Shown here one piece after another: positions 35,877-49,244 of a DNA stretch of 64,000 nt. How positions within the stretch are numbered: position 1 is the first letter of the stretch; each line of letters opens with the position of its first letter. The notes under the pieces were generated by a model. It ran no database searches. It had not been told where the DNA came from and worked only from the letters and a program-made list of their open reading frames with translations. The stretch is taken from positions 153,015-217,014 of the forward strand of contig JAHDIR010000001.1 of NCBI GenBank assembly GCA_020630675.1, read 5' to 3'. The position numbers were made by a program, and so were the translations under genes. This DNA comes from Bdellovibrionales bacterium (GTDB lineage: Bacteria; Bdellovibrionota; Bdellovibrionia; Bdellovibrionales; UBA1609).

Positions 35877-37163
35877 TTAGGCACCTCTGTTTTGTTTAAT
35901 TTTATCTAAATCAATTTTATAACTTTTTATTCTGTCATTTAATGTGCTAGTTGGCATACCTAGGCTAATGGCGGTTTTTCTTTGGTTGCCCTTAAATTCA
36001 ATTAAAGCTTTACATATAAGATCAATTTCATTTTGTTTGAGAACAGATTTTTTTCGAAGCTGAACAATATTATCTTTTTGTAAAAGACTATTTGTAACCA
36101 GAGGAACTTCACTTAAAAGTCGGTCAATATGCTGGGCTGTCACAGTTTGATTCTTATAAATAACAGACGATTTTATAATAAAATTTTTAAGTTCTCTTAT
36201 ATTTCCTGGCCAGTCATAGCTCTTTAAGCGCTCAATGGCTTCAAAATTATATCGCACCCTATAGGTTTTGGCGAACTGGTAAAACAAGTCATTAAAGTCT
36301 TCCATTCGCTCTTTTAAGCTAGGTGGGTTTAAATTTAAAACGTTGAGTCGGTAGTAAAGATCTTGTCGAAATTTTTTTTCTTCAACAAGTTTGTGTAATG
36401 GTTTGTGAGTGGCTGCTATAATGCGAACATCTATTTTTTTGGTGCTGTCTGAGCCGACCGGCTTTATTTCTCCATTTTCAAGTGCTCGAAGAAGTTTAGG
36501 TTGTAAATCTAAAGGGAGATCGCCAATCTCATCTAGAAATAGCGTACCTTTGTCGGCAGCTACAAAAGCACCTTTACGATCAGTTTCGGCGCCTGTAAAA
36601 CTTCCTTTAAGATGACCAAAGAGCTCACTTTCAATAAGTTGTGAGCTGAGAGCACTACAGTTGACAGAGACAAGAGCTTCATGGGAACGGTCAGAGTATT
36701 GGTGAATTTTTTTAGTAATGACATCCTTTCCTGTTCCGGACTCTCCAATAAGAACAACTGGAAAAGAGTTTTGAGCCATTGCTTCAAGTCTTTCAAGGCT
36801 CTCTTGCCACTTTTTATTTTTACTTTTTAAGGAAATGATTTTTTTTTGTCTTAAAGGAGAGTGGCTGAAGGTGTACAGAGCTGAGCCAATTTGAATTTGA
36901 TCGCCGTCAGAAAGTACAGCCTCTATGATTGTAGTATCATTGACCTTAACTTGAACATCGGTTCTTATATTTTTAATAAAAAATTGATTATTTTTAAGTT
37001 CAATACGACTTTGACGTTCTTCAATATCGGTTTTGTTAATAAAAATATTGCAGTTTGACCCTGAGCCCAAGTTGTTCAACGGAAGTAGCTGGTGTAAGTG
37101 CCCGGTTTCTTCGCACCGAAGATAGGCTTTGTCATTGGGGGTGTTTTTAGTATGGTTCAACAT
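35877..37163 (-). CDS. Sigma-54-dependent transcriptional activator with N-terminal FHA domain (FHA-AAA+-HTH)
   Basis: FHA: LGSGSNCNIFI...RQSRIEL...DGDQIQIGSALYTF. AAA+: GESGTGKDV, ESELFGHLKGSFTGA (GAFTGA-type), GTLFLDEIGDL, RIIAAT. C-terminal Fis-type HTH. Confidence 0.9.
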   Translation of the reverse strand: MLNHTKNTPNDKAYLRCEETGHLHQLLPLNNLGSGSNCNIFINKTDIEERQSRIELKNNQFFIKNIRTDVQVKVNDTTIIEAVLSDGDQIQIGSALYTFSHSPLRQKKIISLKSKNKKWQESLERLEAMAQNSFPVVLIGESGTGKDVITKKIHQYSDRSHEALVSVNCSALSSQLIESELFGHLKGSFTGAETDRKGAFVAADKGTLFLDEIGDLPLDLQPKLLRALENGEIKPVGSDSTKKIDVRIIAATHKPLHKLVEEKKFRQDLYYRLNVLNLNPPSLKERMEDFNDLFYQFAKTYRVRYNFEAIERLKSYDWPGNIRELKNFIIKSSVIYKNQTVTAQHIDRLLSEVPLVTNSLLQKDNIVQLRKKSVLKQNEIDLICKALIEFKGNQRKTAISLGMPTSTLNDRIKSYKIDLDKIKQNRGA

Positions 37164-37194
37164 AAAATTCTCCTTTTAAAAAAAGGACTGTTAG

Positions 37195-37210
37195 TTCAAG
37201 TCTTGTGCCA
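37195..37210 (-). promoter_or_regulatory. Sigma-54-like -24/-12 element directly upstream of the FHA-EBP gene
   Basis: The reverse complement reads TGGCACaagacTTGAA (consensus TGGCAC-N5-TTGCW; the -12 GC is GA). About 20 nt further downstream lie an AAGGAG RBS (37170-37175) and the ATG at 37163. Confidence 0.4.
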
Positions 37211-37416
37211 TGTTGTAAGGTAAATCAGTTCTTTCTGAGCCGTAAAAAGTCTCAAAATATAGAGCTATTCCGGAAAGTAAGACCTTGGGTGGTCTTGGTA
37301 AAGCTTTGTATTAATTTCATAAGTTCTAGGTAAGCCTTCCATAATTTGTTATATTAATAAAAAAATCAAAACCTGTGATCGACAATTTTTTTAGGTTTTA
37401 ATAAGGAGTCTTTTTT

Positions 37417-38022
37417 ATGAAGGCCACATTTGTAAAAAGTGCTACAGAATTAAGGCATTGCCCTCAGGACCGTGTAAAAGAAGTCGTATTTTTAGGACGG
37501 TCTAATGCCGGAAAGTCGTCTTTAATTAACTCTTTAGTTCAAAGAAAAGCTTTAGCTAAAGTGAGTGGAACTCCCGGTAAAACTCGATTATTAAACTTTT
37601 TTTTAATTAATGATTCTTATCGATTTGTTGACTTGCCCGGCTATGGTTATGCGGCTCGCTCTGGCGCGGAACAAGAAAAGTGGGGGCGGTTTATTGAGGA
37701 GTTCTTACACGAACGAAAGAATATTGCTGGGTTAATCTTAGTAATGGATATACGTAGAAAGTGGTCTGATGATGAGGCTATGCTTTATGAGCTGTCTTTA
37801 AAGCTGGGTTTACCTGGGTACCTGGCGTTAACAAAGTCAGATAAATTGAGTAAAACTCAACAGGAAAAGGCCGTAGCTTCCCTGAAAAAGTCTTGTAAAT
37901 ACTGGGCCATAGGCGTCATGTCGAGCTTAAAGAAAACAGGTATCCATGACTTTCATCAGTCGATCTATAAGGATTGGAAACTGTCGGAAAAGATGGATTT
38001 AAGCGTTGACGCGCAAAGCTAG
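37417..38022 (+). CDS. engB: Ribosome biogenesis GTP-binding protein YsxC/EngB
   Basis: FLGRSNAGKSSLINSL (G1), DLPGYGYA (G3), TKSDK (G4). 201 aa. AAGGAG RBS. Confidence 0.9.
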   Translation: MKATFVKSATELRHCPQDRVKEVVFLGRSNAGKSSLINSLVQRKALAKVSGTPGKTRLLNFFLINDSYRFVDLPGYGYAARSGAEQEKWGRFIEEFLHERKNIAGLILVMDIRRKWSDDEAMLYELSLKLGLPGYLALTKSDKLSKTQQEKAVASLKKSCKYWAIGVMSSLKKTGIHDFHQSIYKDWKLSEKMDLSVDAQS

Positions 38023-38090
38023 CTTTTATACTGTATGAGCCTTGTAATTGTTTATACCCCGTAAAAAATTATAAGGCGGTTATCTAAGTT

Positions 38091-41583
<3,493 letters not shown>

Positions 41584-41615
41584 ATCAACAAAAACAATTT
41601 ATAAATTTTTATATG

Positions 41616-41655
41616 AAAGCCCATTTTAATTTAAGTTAAAATGGGCTTTTTTTTA
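41616..41655 (+). terminator. Rho-independent terminator after kdsD
   Basis: Perfect 13-bp stem AAAGCCCATTTTA (41616-41628) / TAAAATGGGCTTT (41637-41649), 8-nt loop, followed by a T-run. Confidence 0.75.
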
Positions 41656-41887
41656 TAGAATACTTATAAACTCCTTAAGTTTACGTCATGATCTTTCATA
41701 ATTGATAACAATACCGAAGTGAATTAAGTCAACCTTCGTGAAACATAATTTTTATTTCAAGCTGTACTTTCATGTAGTTCGGATTCATTATTCAGGCTGT
41801 AGGTCCGGGCTTTCTTTGTATTCGGTAGCCAAAGTTTCTCAAGTAATTTTAATATAATAGTCAGCAGCATCACCAGAGAGAGACTAA

Positions 41888-42637
41888 ATGTATATTACCA
41901 AAAGTAAAATTTTTCTTGCCTCGCTCCTTATAATTTTATCTAGCTATTGTATTTCTACACAGGCTGAAACCATTGAGTTCCCTGAAGAAGAGCTTGCCAC
42001 TGATACAGTGTTACCCAAGTTTGATAAAACATCTGTGGTTAAAAATAGATATGTAAAAACGAAAGGTCGATTCGAAATTAATGGTGGAATGGGTTTTAAC
42101 CTAACCGAAGCTCTATATGAAAATAAAAGTTTTCATCTTGGTTTAGGTTATAACTTTACAGAAAGTCATGGTGTACAACTCACAGTTATGTCTATCATGG
42201 AGGGCCTTTCAGATAATGGTGAGGCGCTGAAGGCAGGAAAGGGTTTAATAGGAGGAGACAAATTTGATGCCTCTTTGGCTCCGCACCCAGAACAAATTCT
42301 TGTGGCTGATTACCAGTTTACGGCTTGGTATGGAAAAATTAGTATTACAAAAAATAGTATCGCTAATTTGTCTTTATACGGATTAGCTGGTGCCAGTATG
42401 ATTAAGTTTACCGACTCTAGTACTGTAGGATTAAATATTGGTTTTGGTCAAAAACTATATCTTACCAAAAATTTAGCTTTCAAGGCTGATTTAAGGTTTT
42501 ACTTTTATCAAGGCCCTAACCCTGTCAGTTCGTCAATTTTATTGCAACCTGGAGATAGTAAAGCTTCTAGCGATGATTTAGAGAAAATTTTATACACACC
42601 AACGATTTTAAACACCAGCTTAATGTTTATTTTCTAG
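41888..42637 (+). CDS. Outer-membrane beta-barrel protein (GltA/NfsA-like position)
   Basis: Signal peptide (...ISTQA/ET), alternating-hydrophobic beta-strand pattern, C-terminal LMFIF ending in Phe. Paralog of the next gene. Confidence 0.55.
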   Translation: MYITKSKIFLASLLIILSSYCISTQAETIEFPEEELATDTVLPKFDKTSVVKNRYVKTKGRFEINGGMGFNLTEALYENKSFHLGLGYNFTESHGVQLTVMSIMEGLSDNGEALKAGKGLIGGDKFDASLAPHPEQILVADYQFTAWYGKISITKNSIANLSLYGLAGASMIKFTDSSTVGLNIGFGQKLYLTKNLAFKADLRFYFYQGPNPVSSSILLQPGDSKASSDDLEKILYTPTILNTSLMFIF

Positions 42638-42652
42638 AAAAAGGTAGTAAGA

Positions 42653-43468
42653 ATGAAGTTATTTATACTTAAAATATTAGTCCTAGCTTTGTTTCTGCCT
42701 ATTCCTCAGGGGTGGGCCGCTGAAAAGTCCAGTGGAGAAGAAGAGACGCTTTATGACAGTCTTGAAAGTGACTTAGAAAAAAAAGAAAGCAAATACAAGA
42801 AAAAGAAAAAAATTAATGCAAAGAAAGCTTTAAAAGAATTCGAAACCATTTCTGATTTAGCAGAGTTGGCTCCTTTTGATGATATTGCGGTGATTTCTAA
42901 AAAATACCTTCCAAAAACTAAACGTTTTGAAATTTCTTTACAAGGTATGGTTGGCTTAAATAACGCTTTTTTTAACAACCTAGGAGTTGGAGCTGGCTTA
43001 GGCTGGTACCTCACTGAAAAGTGGGGGATAGAGCTATCTTATTATTCGTTCATTGATTCAGAGAGAGGAATCACCAAAAATCTAAGAGATGATCGTCAAA
43101 TTGAAACCAGAAGTTTTGTTTTGCCAAATAACTTTTACGGAGCGTCTCTGAAATGGTCACCAATGTACGGTAAAATGGCCTTCTTTGAAGATAAAATTGT
43201 TTCTTTTGATTGGTACTTTTCGCCAGGAATCGGCTACACCACCACTGAGGTGGAAAAAGAACTGACTTATCATATTGGGGTCGGACAATTGATTGCTATT
43301 AATAAGTCTTGGGCTTTCCGTTGGGATGTGAATTGGAATTACTATCAAGCGACTGTTCTAAGAACACCAGACTCGGGAACCACTCTTGTAGTAGATGAAG
43401 AAAATCATTCTGATTTGTTTTTATCGGTGGGTGTGAGTTTCTTTTTTCCGGAGGTGGGTTACCGATGA
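42653..43468 (+). CDS. Outer-membrane beta-barrel protein (GltB/NfsB-like position)
   Basis: Signal peptide, K/E-rich linker, then a beta-barrel-like region sharing motifs with the previous ORF (RFEI..G..G, YGK.....). ATGA overlap with the next gene. Confidence 0.55.
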   Translation: MKLFILKILVLALFLPIPQGWAAEKSSGEEETLYDSLESDLEKKESKYKKKKKINAKKALKEFETISDLAELAPFDDIAVISKKYLPKTKRFEISLQGMVGLNNAFFNNLGVGAGLGWYLTEKWGIELSYYSFIDSERGITKNLRDDRQIETRSFVLPNNFYGASLKWSPMYGKMAFFEDKIVSFDWYFSPGIGYTTTEVEKELTYHIGVGQLIAINKSWAFRWDVNWNYYQATVLRTPDSGTTLVVDEENHSDLFLSVGVSFFFPEVGYR

Positions 43469-45066
43469 GAAAAGCCTTTTTACTCTTATTGTTAATGTCC
43501 ATTCCTCTTACGGGTTTTGCTGAACCTGTTGATATAGTTAGCTCTGAACCGATAGCTTTAGTGGCTAAAAACAGCAAGTCGATTAAAAGAAGGTCTGTTG
43601 CCAGCCGTGGAGCTTCTTGGAAAAATGTATCTAATTTAATCAAATCAGCAAATTATGAAGAAGCCTCTTTACTTCTATATAAAATGAGCCTTAGCTCAAG
43701 ATATAGAAAGCATAAAGCAAAAGTCACTTACTTATTAGGGCTTACTCTGTTTAAGATGAAGTTATATCAAGTTTCTGCTTTTCAATTCATTCGTGTGGTG
43801 AAAAGTGGAAACCGTAAGTATATTAACTTAGCCCTAGAAAAGTTGTCCATTGCTGCCGATTACCTTGGTGATGAGGCTATGCTCAATTATGCAATTGGAA
43901 AAATTAATATAAAGTCTTTTCCTAAAGCTCATAAAGATATGCTTTATTACCGCATTGGTGAGTTTCAGGTGAGAAGCAAAGATTACAAACAAGCTATTCG
44001 TACACTTTCTCGAGTGAAGCCAGATAGCCCATTCTTTAGTAAAGCTAAGTACTTGCAAGCTTTATCTTATGCTGAATCTAGGCAGGACAAGAAGGCCTTA
44101 AGAGCCTTTGATGCCCTAATTGAAAATAGATCTGACAAAAGAGTGACTGACCTTGATCGTGTTTCAGCTGTTATGGGTAAGGCTAGAGTTTACTACCAAG
44201 CTAAGCAGTGGGATAAATCCATTGAAGTTTACAAAAGCATCCCTAGAGATACAGAGTCGTGGCATGAAACTTTATTTGAGTCGAGTTGGGCTATGTTGAG
44301 AGCTGAAAAATTTCGATCAGCCCTCAGCAACTTTCAATCTCTTCATTCTCCTTACTATGAAAGTTACTATATGCCTGAGTCTCTTATTTTAAGGTCTATA
44401 ATCTATTTATTTATATGTAAATATAATGAAATGGAAAAGGTGTTAAATTTATTTAATAAGATTTATAAACCAGTTTACAAAAAAGTTAAAAGTTATCTTA
44501 GGAACACAAAATCTTATAATGTTTACTACAATGACTTAGTTGATGTTGTACGTTTGTACGGTAAAGACTCAACATCTCCAAAGCTCAAAAAATCTCCAAT
44601 GCCAATTATTGTGGCTAGAAAAATTGGAAAAGAAGGCGATTTTAATAGAACGTATCGTTATATTCAAAAACTTATACAAGAAAAAAACAGAGTGAAGGGC
44701 TTGACGGGGGCTTGGAAAAAATCAGGCATTGGTAAATATGCAGACCGTGTTGTGAAAACTAGATTGATCAAAGCTAGGAAAAAAGCCGGTAAAATTGCTA
44801 AGTCACATATGATAGATCTTAAAACAGAGCTGTTTGATCTTTTTGAACAAGAAAGTTTCGTTCGCTATGAGATGATTAATAGTAAAAAAGAATTAATTAA
44901 GAAAAAAGTAGCTGGAAAAGAAATTCAAGACAATTCTGAGCAAAGAAGCCGAACTCGAGATTATTATATTCAAAATGGATATGAGTACTGGCCGTTCCAA
45001 GGTGAATATTGGTTGGATGAGCTTGGAAACTATCATTTTGTAGGAACTCATAGCTGTGGTAGGTAA
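43465..45066 (+). CDS. Secreted TPR-repeat protein (GltC/NfsC-like position)
   Basis: Signal peptide MRKAFLLLLLMSIPLTGFA. Repeated TPR-like helical pairs (A..Y..G......Y..A pattern). 533 aa. Confidence 0.5.
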   Translation: MRKAFLLLLLMSIPLTGFAEPVDIVSSEPIALVAKNSKSIKRRSVASRGASWKNVSNLIKSANYEEASLLLYKMSLSSRYRKHKAKVTYLLGLTLFKMKLYQVSAFQFIRVVKSGNRKYINLALEKLSIAADYLGDEAMLNYAIGKINIKSFPKAHKDMLYYRIGEFQVRSKDYKQAIRTLSRVKPDSPFFSKAKYLQALSYAESRQDKKALRAFDALIENRSDKRVTDLDRVSAVMGKARVYYQAKQWDKSIEVYKSIPRDTESWHETLFESSWAMLRAEKFRSALSNFQSLHSPYYESYYMPESLILRSIIYLFICKYNEMEKVLNLFNKIYKPVYKKVKSYLRNTKSYNVYYNDLVDVVRLYGKDSTSPKLKKSPMPIIVARKIGKEGDFNRTYRYIQKLIQEKNRVKGLTGAWKKSGIGKYADRVVKTRLIKARKKAGKIAKSHMIDLKTELFDLFEQESFVRYEMINSKKELIKKKVAGKEIQDNSEQRSRTRDYYIQNGYEYWPFQGEYWLDELGNYHFVGTHSCGR

Positions 45067-45067
45067 A

Positions 45068-48000
45068 ATGTATTTTAAAAGTAGCTTACTCATTTCATTG
45101 GTGCTTTTTTTGAGCGCAGGAGATTTGCACGCCAAAAGAAAAAGAAAAACAGTTGGCGATGTCTTAAAAAAAATTGAGAGTATAAAAGTTAAAAAAAAGA
45201 AGAATCTTTTACCTGATTCCAAAAAGTATTTAAAAACCAAGACCCGTGTAAATTTAAGGTCGGTAAAACCACCTTCTTCGAATCGATTTTATTATGATGA
45301 AGGAACCAGTGAGCAAGAGTTAGAGAAAATCACCGATGAACAAATTAAACATTTGTACGGAATGACTCAAAAGTTTAAAAAAAGCTCTCGCAGAGGTGAG
45401 CTTTGGGTTCGTTTAGCTGAGCTTTATGTGGATAAAGCTAAACTCATCGAGCTCAGATTACAGACAGATTACGACAACGCTTTAGCAGCTCATCAATCGG
45501 GAAAAAGAAAAAGAAGACCTAGGTTAAATTTAAAGCCCGCCGAGCAGTATAATAAAAAGTCGATTCAATTGTATGAATGGTTTATTAGAGATTTTCCAAA
45601 AGACCCTAAAATTGACCAAGCTTTATTCTTTCTTGGCTATAACTATTTTGAGATTGGCAAAGTGGAAAAGGGCCGAGCTAAGTACACACAGTTAACTAAG
45701 CGCTTCCCTAAAAGCCCTTATGTTGATGAGTCAAATTTTGCGTTAGGTGAGTATTATTTTGAACGAGAAAAATGGAAACCAGCTAAAAAGCATTATGATA
45801 AAATTGCACGAAATAGAAGATCTCGACTGTATTCATTTGCTCTCTATAAAGGAGCTTGGTGTAAGTACAAAACAGGAAAAACTAAAAGTGCTTTAAAAGA
45901 TCTTGAGAGAGTTATCTTAGAAGGTCGAAAGGCAAAAAGTGGTGATCGTGGCAATAAAAAAGTCAGTCGTATTCGCCTTGCCTCAGAGGCTGTTAAAGAT
46001 ATTGTTGTTTTTTACCCCGAAGTTTATAAGGTTCAGCAGGCCCGTGGCTATTTGAATCGAGTGGTGGGCTCTAAGTCTGCCCCTAAGCTGATTGAAAAAC
46101 TAGCTTATTATTATGTTGATCGGGGAGACAAATTTTCAGCTAAGTATTTATTTAAAGAACTCATCCAGGAAAGCCCTTTTTCAACAAGAGCCTATGAATA
46201 TCAGCATCAGATTGTGAAAATGTATTCTGCTGCAGGAAACCAAAAGGTTTTCAGAAAAGAGCTTTTTACTTGGATTGATAATTATGGACCGGGCAGTGTC
46301 TGGAGAAGAGAAAATAAGAAAAATAAGGAGCTGATGGCAAGCTCCGATAAGTTGATTGAGTCGACTCTTAGGAACTATATTTTACAGCTTCACCAGACTG
46401 CTCAAAATTCAAGGGCTAAATACACTCAAAATCTAACAAAAGATGGTTATGAAATGTACTTTTCTTCCATCAAGAAATCAGAGCATTTAGATCAAATGAA
46501 TTTTTTCTACGGTGAACTCTTGTTTGACATGAAAGACTATGTTGGGGCCGCCAAAAACTACAATAAAGTAGTGGCCCGTGGAAATAAAGCTGGGAAATAT
46601 TACGAGCAGTCGATTTTAAATTCTGTTCTTGCCTCTGAAAAGAAAATTCCAACGGCGTCAGAAGTTAAAACATTGGTAGCAGATAACAAAGAGCCCGTAG
46701 AATTTACTTCCAACCTTAAAATATTTGAAAAAGCCGCAATCAAGTATGTTAAAGAGTACCCTAAGGGTGAAAACGTTTCGGCGATTAAGTATCGATTGGG
46801 ATCGTTGTATTATTATTTTAATCAATATAACAAAGCTCTTCCGGTTTTAACTAATATTGTTGAAAATCATCCAAAGGAAAAAGATGCTGAGTACTCAGCA
46901 AATTTAATTTTAGATATTTATAACAAGAAAAAAGACTTTGAGGGTTTAGAGAAAGTAGCTGATAAATTATTAGCTATACCTGGGTTGAAAGGCTCAAATA
47001 TGGCAGCAAAAATTGCTGATGTTAAGCAAAAGTCTTCTTTTAAAAGAGCAGAAAAAGCCGCTGCTAGTGGTGGTAACCCTCTTAAAGCGGCCTTATCTTA
47101 TGTTAGCTTTATAAAAAGTAACCCAAAAAGTGACCTTTTAAATGTTTCTCGGTTTAATGCAGCTTTAAATTATGAAAAAGCTGGGGAAACCAGTGAAGCC
47201 TTAAAGTACTACAGGCAAGTGCTGGTGGCTAAAAGTAGCGGAAGTAAAGATGCTGAGCTTAAGAAAAAGTCTCGACGTTTTTTAGCTTTTTTATATCAAA
47301 AGACTGGCCAATATGCAAAAGCTGCCGCCGCCTTTGAGGCCTACTCTAAAAAGTACCCCAAAGATAAAGAGTCTTTGAATTACAATTATAATGCAGCAGT
47401 TATTTATGATGGTTTAAATTTTTATACCTCTTCTGTTCGAAACTATGAAAAGTACCGAAAAGGTAGTAAAAAAGCCGATCGTAACGAAGTTTACTTTACC
47501 ATTGCCAAAATGTGGGACCGTCGCAAAAAGTACCCATCTAAGGCGATTTTCTTTTATAATAAATATTTAAATAGTGGCTCTGCGAATAAACAAAAAACTA
47601 TGGAAGCCACTTATAGAATAGCCAAGCTTCACGACTCTTTAAACCGTAAAACTTTAAGTAAAACTTGGTACAATAAAGTGATTGCCCGACAAAGAAAATT
47701 AGGGGTGGGAGTGAGTTTCGCTGCTGAAGCTAAGTTTAAGCTTGTGGAAAGGGACGATTTTAAAAAATTTAGAAGCGTTCGTATTCCGGCCAGCCAGGCT
47801 AGAATGGCTGGAGCCGTTCAAAAGAAATTAGGCCTTCTTGATCGACTCAAAGAAAAGCTAAAGCAAGTGGTGGCATATAATGATGCTTATCAAATTGTTG
47901 CAGCTTTAACTCTTCAGGGGGAATCGCTACTTCATATGTCTAATGCTATATACGGAGCTCCCGTTCCCAAAACTCTTAAAGGAGAGCAATTAGTTCAATA

Positions 48001-48208
48001 TAAAAAAGGGATTGATAACTTAGCTGGCCCCTTTAAAAAGCAGGCGATTGAATCGCTAAAGGCGGCTATCAATAAAGCTTATGAACTTCAAGCTTACGAC
48101 GACAGTGTTAAAAAAGCTGCTAGTTTGTTGGATAAAGTGGAAGGAAATACACTGACCGGTGATTTACAGGTGATGCAAAGTTTTTGGCTAAGTAAGGCGG
48201 GTTTATGA
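45068..48208 (+). CDS. Large secreted TPR-repeat protein (GltD/AgmU/NfsD-like)
   Basis: About 1046 aa. Signal peptide MYFKSSLLISLVLFLSAGDLHA. Many TPR units (FPKDPKIDQALFFLGYNYFEIGK, FPKSPYVDESNFALGEYYF ...). ATG 45068 lies 1 nt after the upstream stop. Confidence 0.6.
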   Translation: MYFKSSLLISLVLFLSAGDLHAKRKRKTVGDVLKKIESIKVKKKKNLLPDSKKYLKTKTRVNLRSVKPPSSNRFYYDEGTSEQELEKITDEQIKHLYGMTQKFKKSSRRGELWVRLAELYVDKAKLIELRLQTDYDNALAAHQSGKRKRRPRLNLKPAEQYNKKSIQLYEWFIRDFPKDPKIDQALFFLGYNYFEIGKVEKGRAKYTQLTKRFPKSPYVDESNFALGEYYFEREKWKPAKKHYDKIARNRRSRLYSFALYKGAWCKYKTGKTKSALKDLERVILEGRKAKSGDRGNKKVSRIRLASEAVKDIVVFYPEVYKVQQARGYLNRVVGSKSAPKLIEKLAYYYVDRGDKFSAKYLFKELIQESPFSTRAYEYQHQIVKMYSAAGNQKVFRKELFTWIDNYGPGSVWRRENKKNKELMASSDKLIESTLRNYILQLHQTAQNSRAKYTQNLTKDGYEMYFSSIKKSEHLDQMNFFYGELLFDMKDYVGAAKNYNKVVARGNKAGKYYEQSILNSVLASEKKIPTASEVKTLVADNKEPVEFTSNLKIFEKAAIKYVKEYPKGENVSAIKYRLGSLYYYFNQYNKALPVLTNIVENHPKEKDAEYSANLILDIYNKKKDFEGLEKVADKLLAIPGLKGSNMAAKIADVKQKSSFKRAEKAAASGGNPLKAALSYVSFIKSNPKSDLLNVSRFNAALNYEKAGETSEALKYYRQVLVAKSSGSKDAELKKKSRRFLAFLYQKTGQYAKAAAAFEAYSKKYPKDKESLNYNYNAAVIYDGLNFYTSSVRNYEKYRKGSKKADRNEVYFTIAKMWDRRKKYPSKAIFFYNKYLNSGSANKQKTMEATYRIAKLHDSLNRKTLSKTWYNKVIARQRKLGVGVSFAAEAKFKLVERDDFKKFRSVRIPASQARMAGAVQKKLGLLDRLKEKLKQVVAYNDAYQIVAALTLQGESLLHMSNAIYGAPVPKTLKGEQLVQYKKGIDNLAGPFKKQAIESLKAAINKAYELQAYDDSVKKAASLLDKVEGNTLTGDLQVMQSFWLSKAGL

Positions 48209-48963
48209 GAAAGTTAGTTTTAACCCTAGTTTTTATTTTAAGTGTTTCTCACCCATTGTTGGCAAAGTCTGTCGATAAGTCACTATACAAAGGTCTGTCT
48301 AAAGCCTTAGCAACAAAAGTTGAGGCCAATGTTGTGGGAGCAGCCTCAAAAATTTTATCTGTGGATGAAGATGATCTAAAAGCCCTGAACGCTTTGGCCA
48401 TTTTCTATTATGAGTCCGGTAAGCACGGCTTAGCAAAAATCATTTTAGATCGTGCCATTAAGGCTCATCCAGAGTTCACTGATTTAAAAAATAACTTGGC
48501 TTTAGTCTACTTTGCATCCGGGGATAAAAAATTAGGGTTGTTGACTTTAAAAGATGCTGCTGGTGACAGCTCTTTGAGTGAAGCGGCTCTCAATTTATCA
48601 AGTATTTATGTTGAGCACCGTGACTACCAAAAGGCCCTAGGTCCGCTAAGTAAGTCTTTTTCTAAAGTGAAGGGAAGTCTTAAATCCAAGAGCAAACCCG
48701 CTATAGCACTGACAAATAATTATGGTGTGGCTTTGTTTGGGGCTGAAAAAATCAAAGAATCTTTGGAAGTATTTACTTACGCACACGAGGCTGGAGTGAA
48801 AGATTCAACACTGCTTTATAATTACGCAATGTTGTTAACTCACAAAGGAAAAAATAAAGAAGACGCTTATAAAGTGATCAATCGCTTAAAGTTTTTAACG
48901 GATGATCAAAAAATGCTTCGTAAAGTTGAATTATTAGAAAAAACATTAGACAATAAAAAGTAG
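48205..48963 (+). CDS. Secreted TPR protein (GltE/AglT/NfsE-like position)
   Basis: Signal peptide MRKLVLTLVFILSVSHPLLA, 3-4 TPR units, ATGA overlap with the upstream gene. Confidence 0.5.
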   Translation: MRKLVLTLVFILSVSHPLLAKSVDKSLYKGLSKALATKVEANVVGAASKILSVDEDDLKALNALAIFYYESGKHGLAKIILDRAIKAHPEFTDLKNNLALVYFASGDKKLGLLTLKDAAGDSSLSEAALNLSSIYVEHRDYQKALGPLSKSFSKVKGSLKSKSKPAIALTNNYGVALFGAEKIKESLEVFTYAHEAGVKDSTLLYNYAMLLTHKGKNKEDAYKVINRLKFLTDDQKMLRKVELLEKTLDNKK

Positions 48964-48974
48964 AGGGATTTAAA

Positions 48975-49244
48975 ATGTTTAGATGCTTTTTGGTATTGAT
49001 AATTCTTTTTTCCCTAACATCTGAAGTTTGGGCAAAAAGTAGTTCAAAACAAGGAAAAAAAAGAACGGCAAAAGTGGACTTTGCTGACGAATTAATAACT
49101 GGTGGCATAAATAAGCCTGAATTGCTTTACTTATTAAAGCAAAGGCAAGCTAACTATAAAAAGTTAATTAAGTTTAGGAAGAATTTTTTACCTGAAATGA
49201 GAAAAACGTCAGAGAATTTGCGACAAAGTAGGGGCGAGGATTGA
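48975..49244 (+). CDS. Small secreted protein (GltF/NfsF-like position)
   Basis: 89 aa, signal peptide MFRCFLVLIILFSLTSEVWA, basic. Stop overlaps the TTG start of the next gene. Confidence 0.35.
   Translation: MFRCFLVLIILFSLTSEVWAKSSSKQGKKRTAKVDFADELITGGINKPELLYLLKQRQANYKKLIKFRKNFLPEMRKTSENLRQSRGED

Noticed and set aside
41656-41887. Possible c-di-GMP (GEMM) riboswitch or other leader RNA in the 230-nt gap upstream of the Glt/Nfs-like operon (CCGGG...CGGTAGCC segments).
   Set aside because: There are no GCAAA/ACGCAAAGC-type conserved cores or convincing paired helices. It cannot be supported by eye.
43157-45240. Minus-strand ORFs 43157-43348, 43299-43643, 43834-44058 and 44893-45240 across the beta-barrel/TPR genes. 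Also 42751-43014, 46470-46652, 48878-49108, 51181-51393 and 51374-51643.
   Set aside because: They are antisense to a tightly coupled plus-strand operon, with no RBS or motif support.
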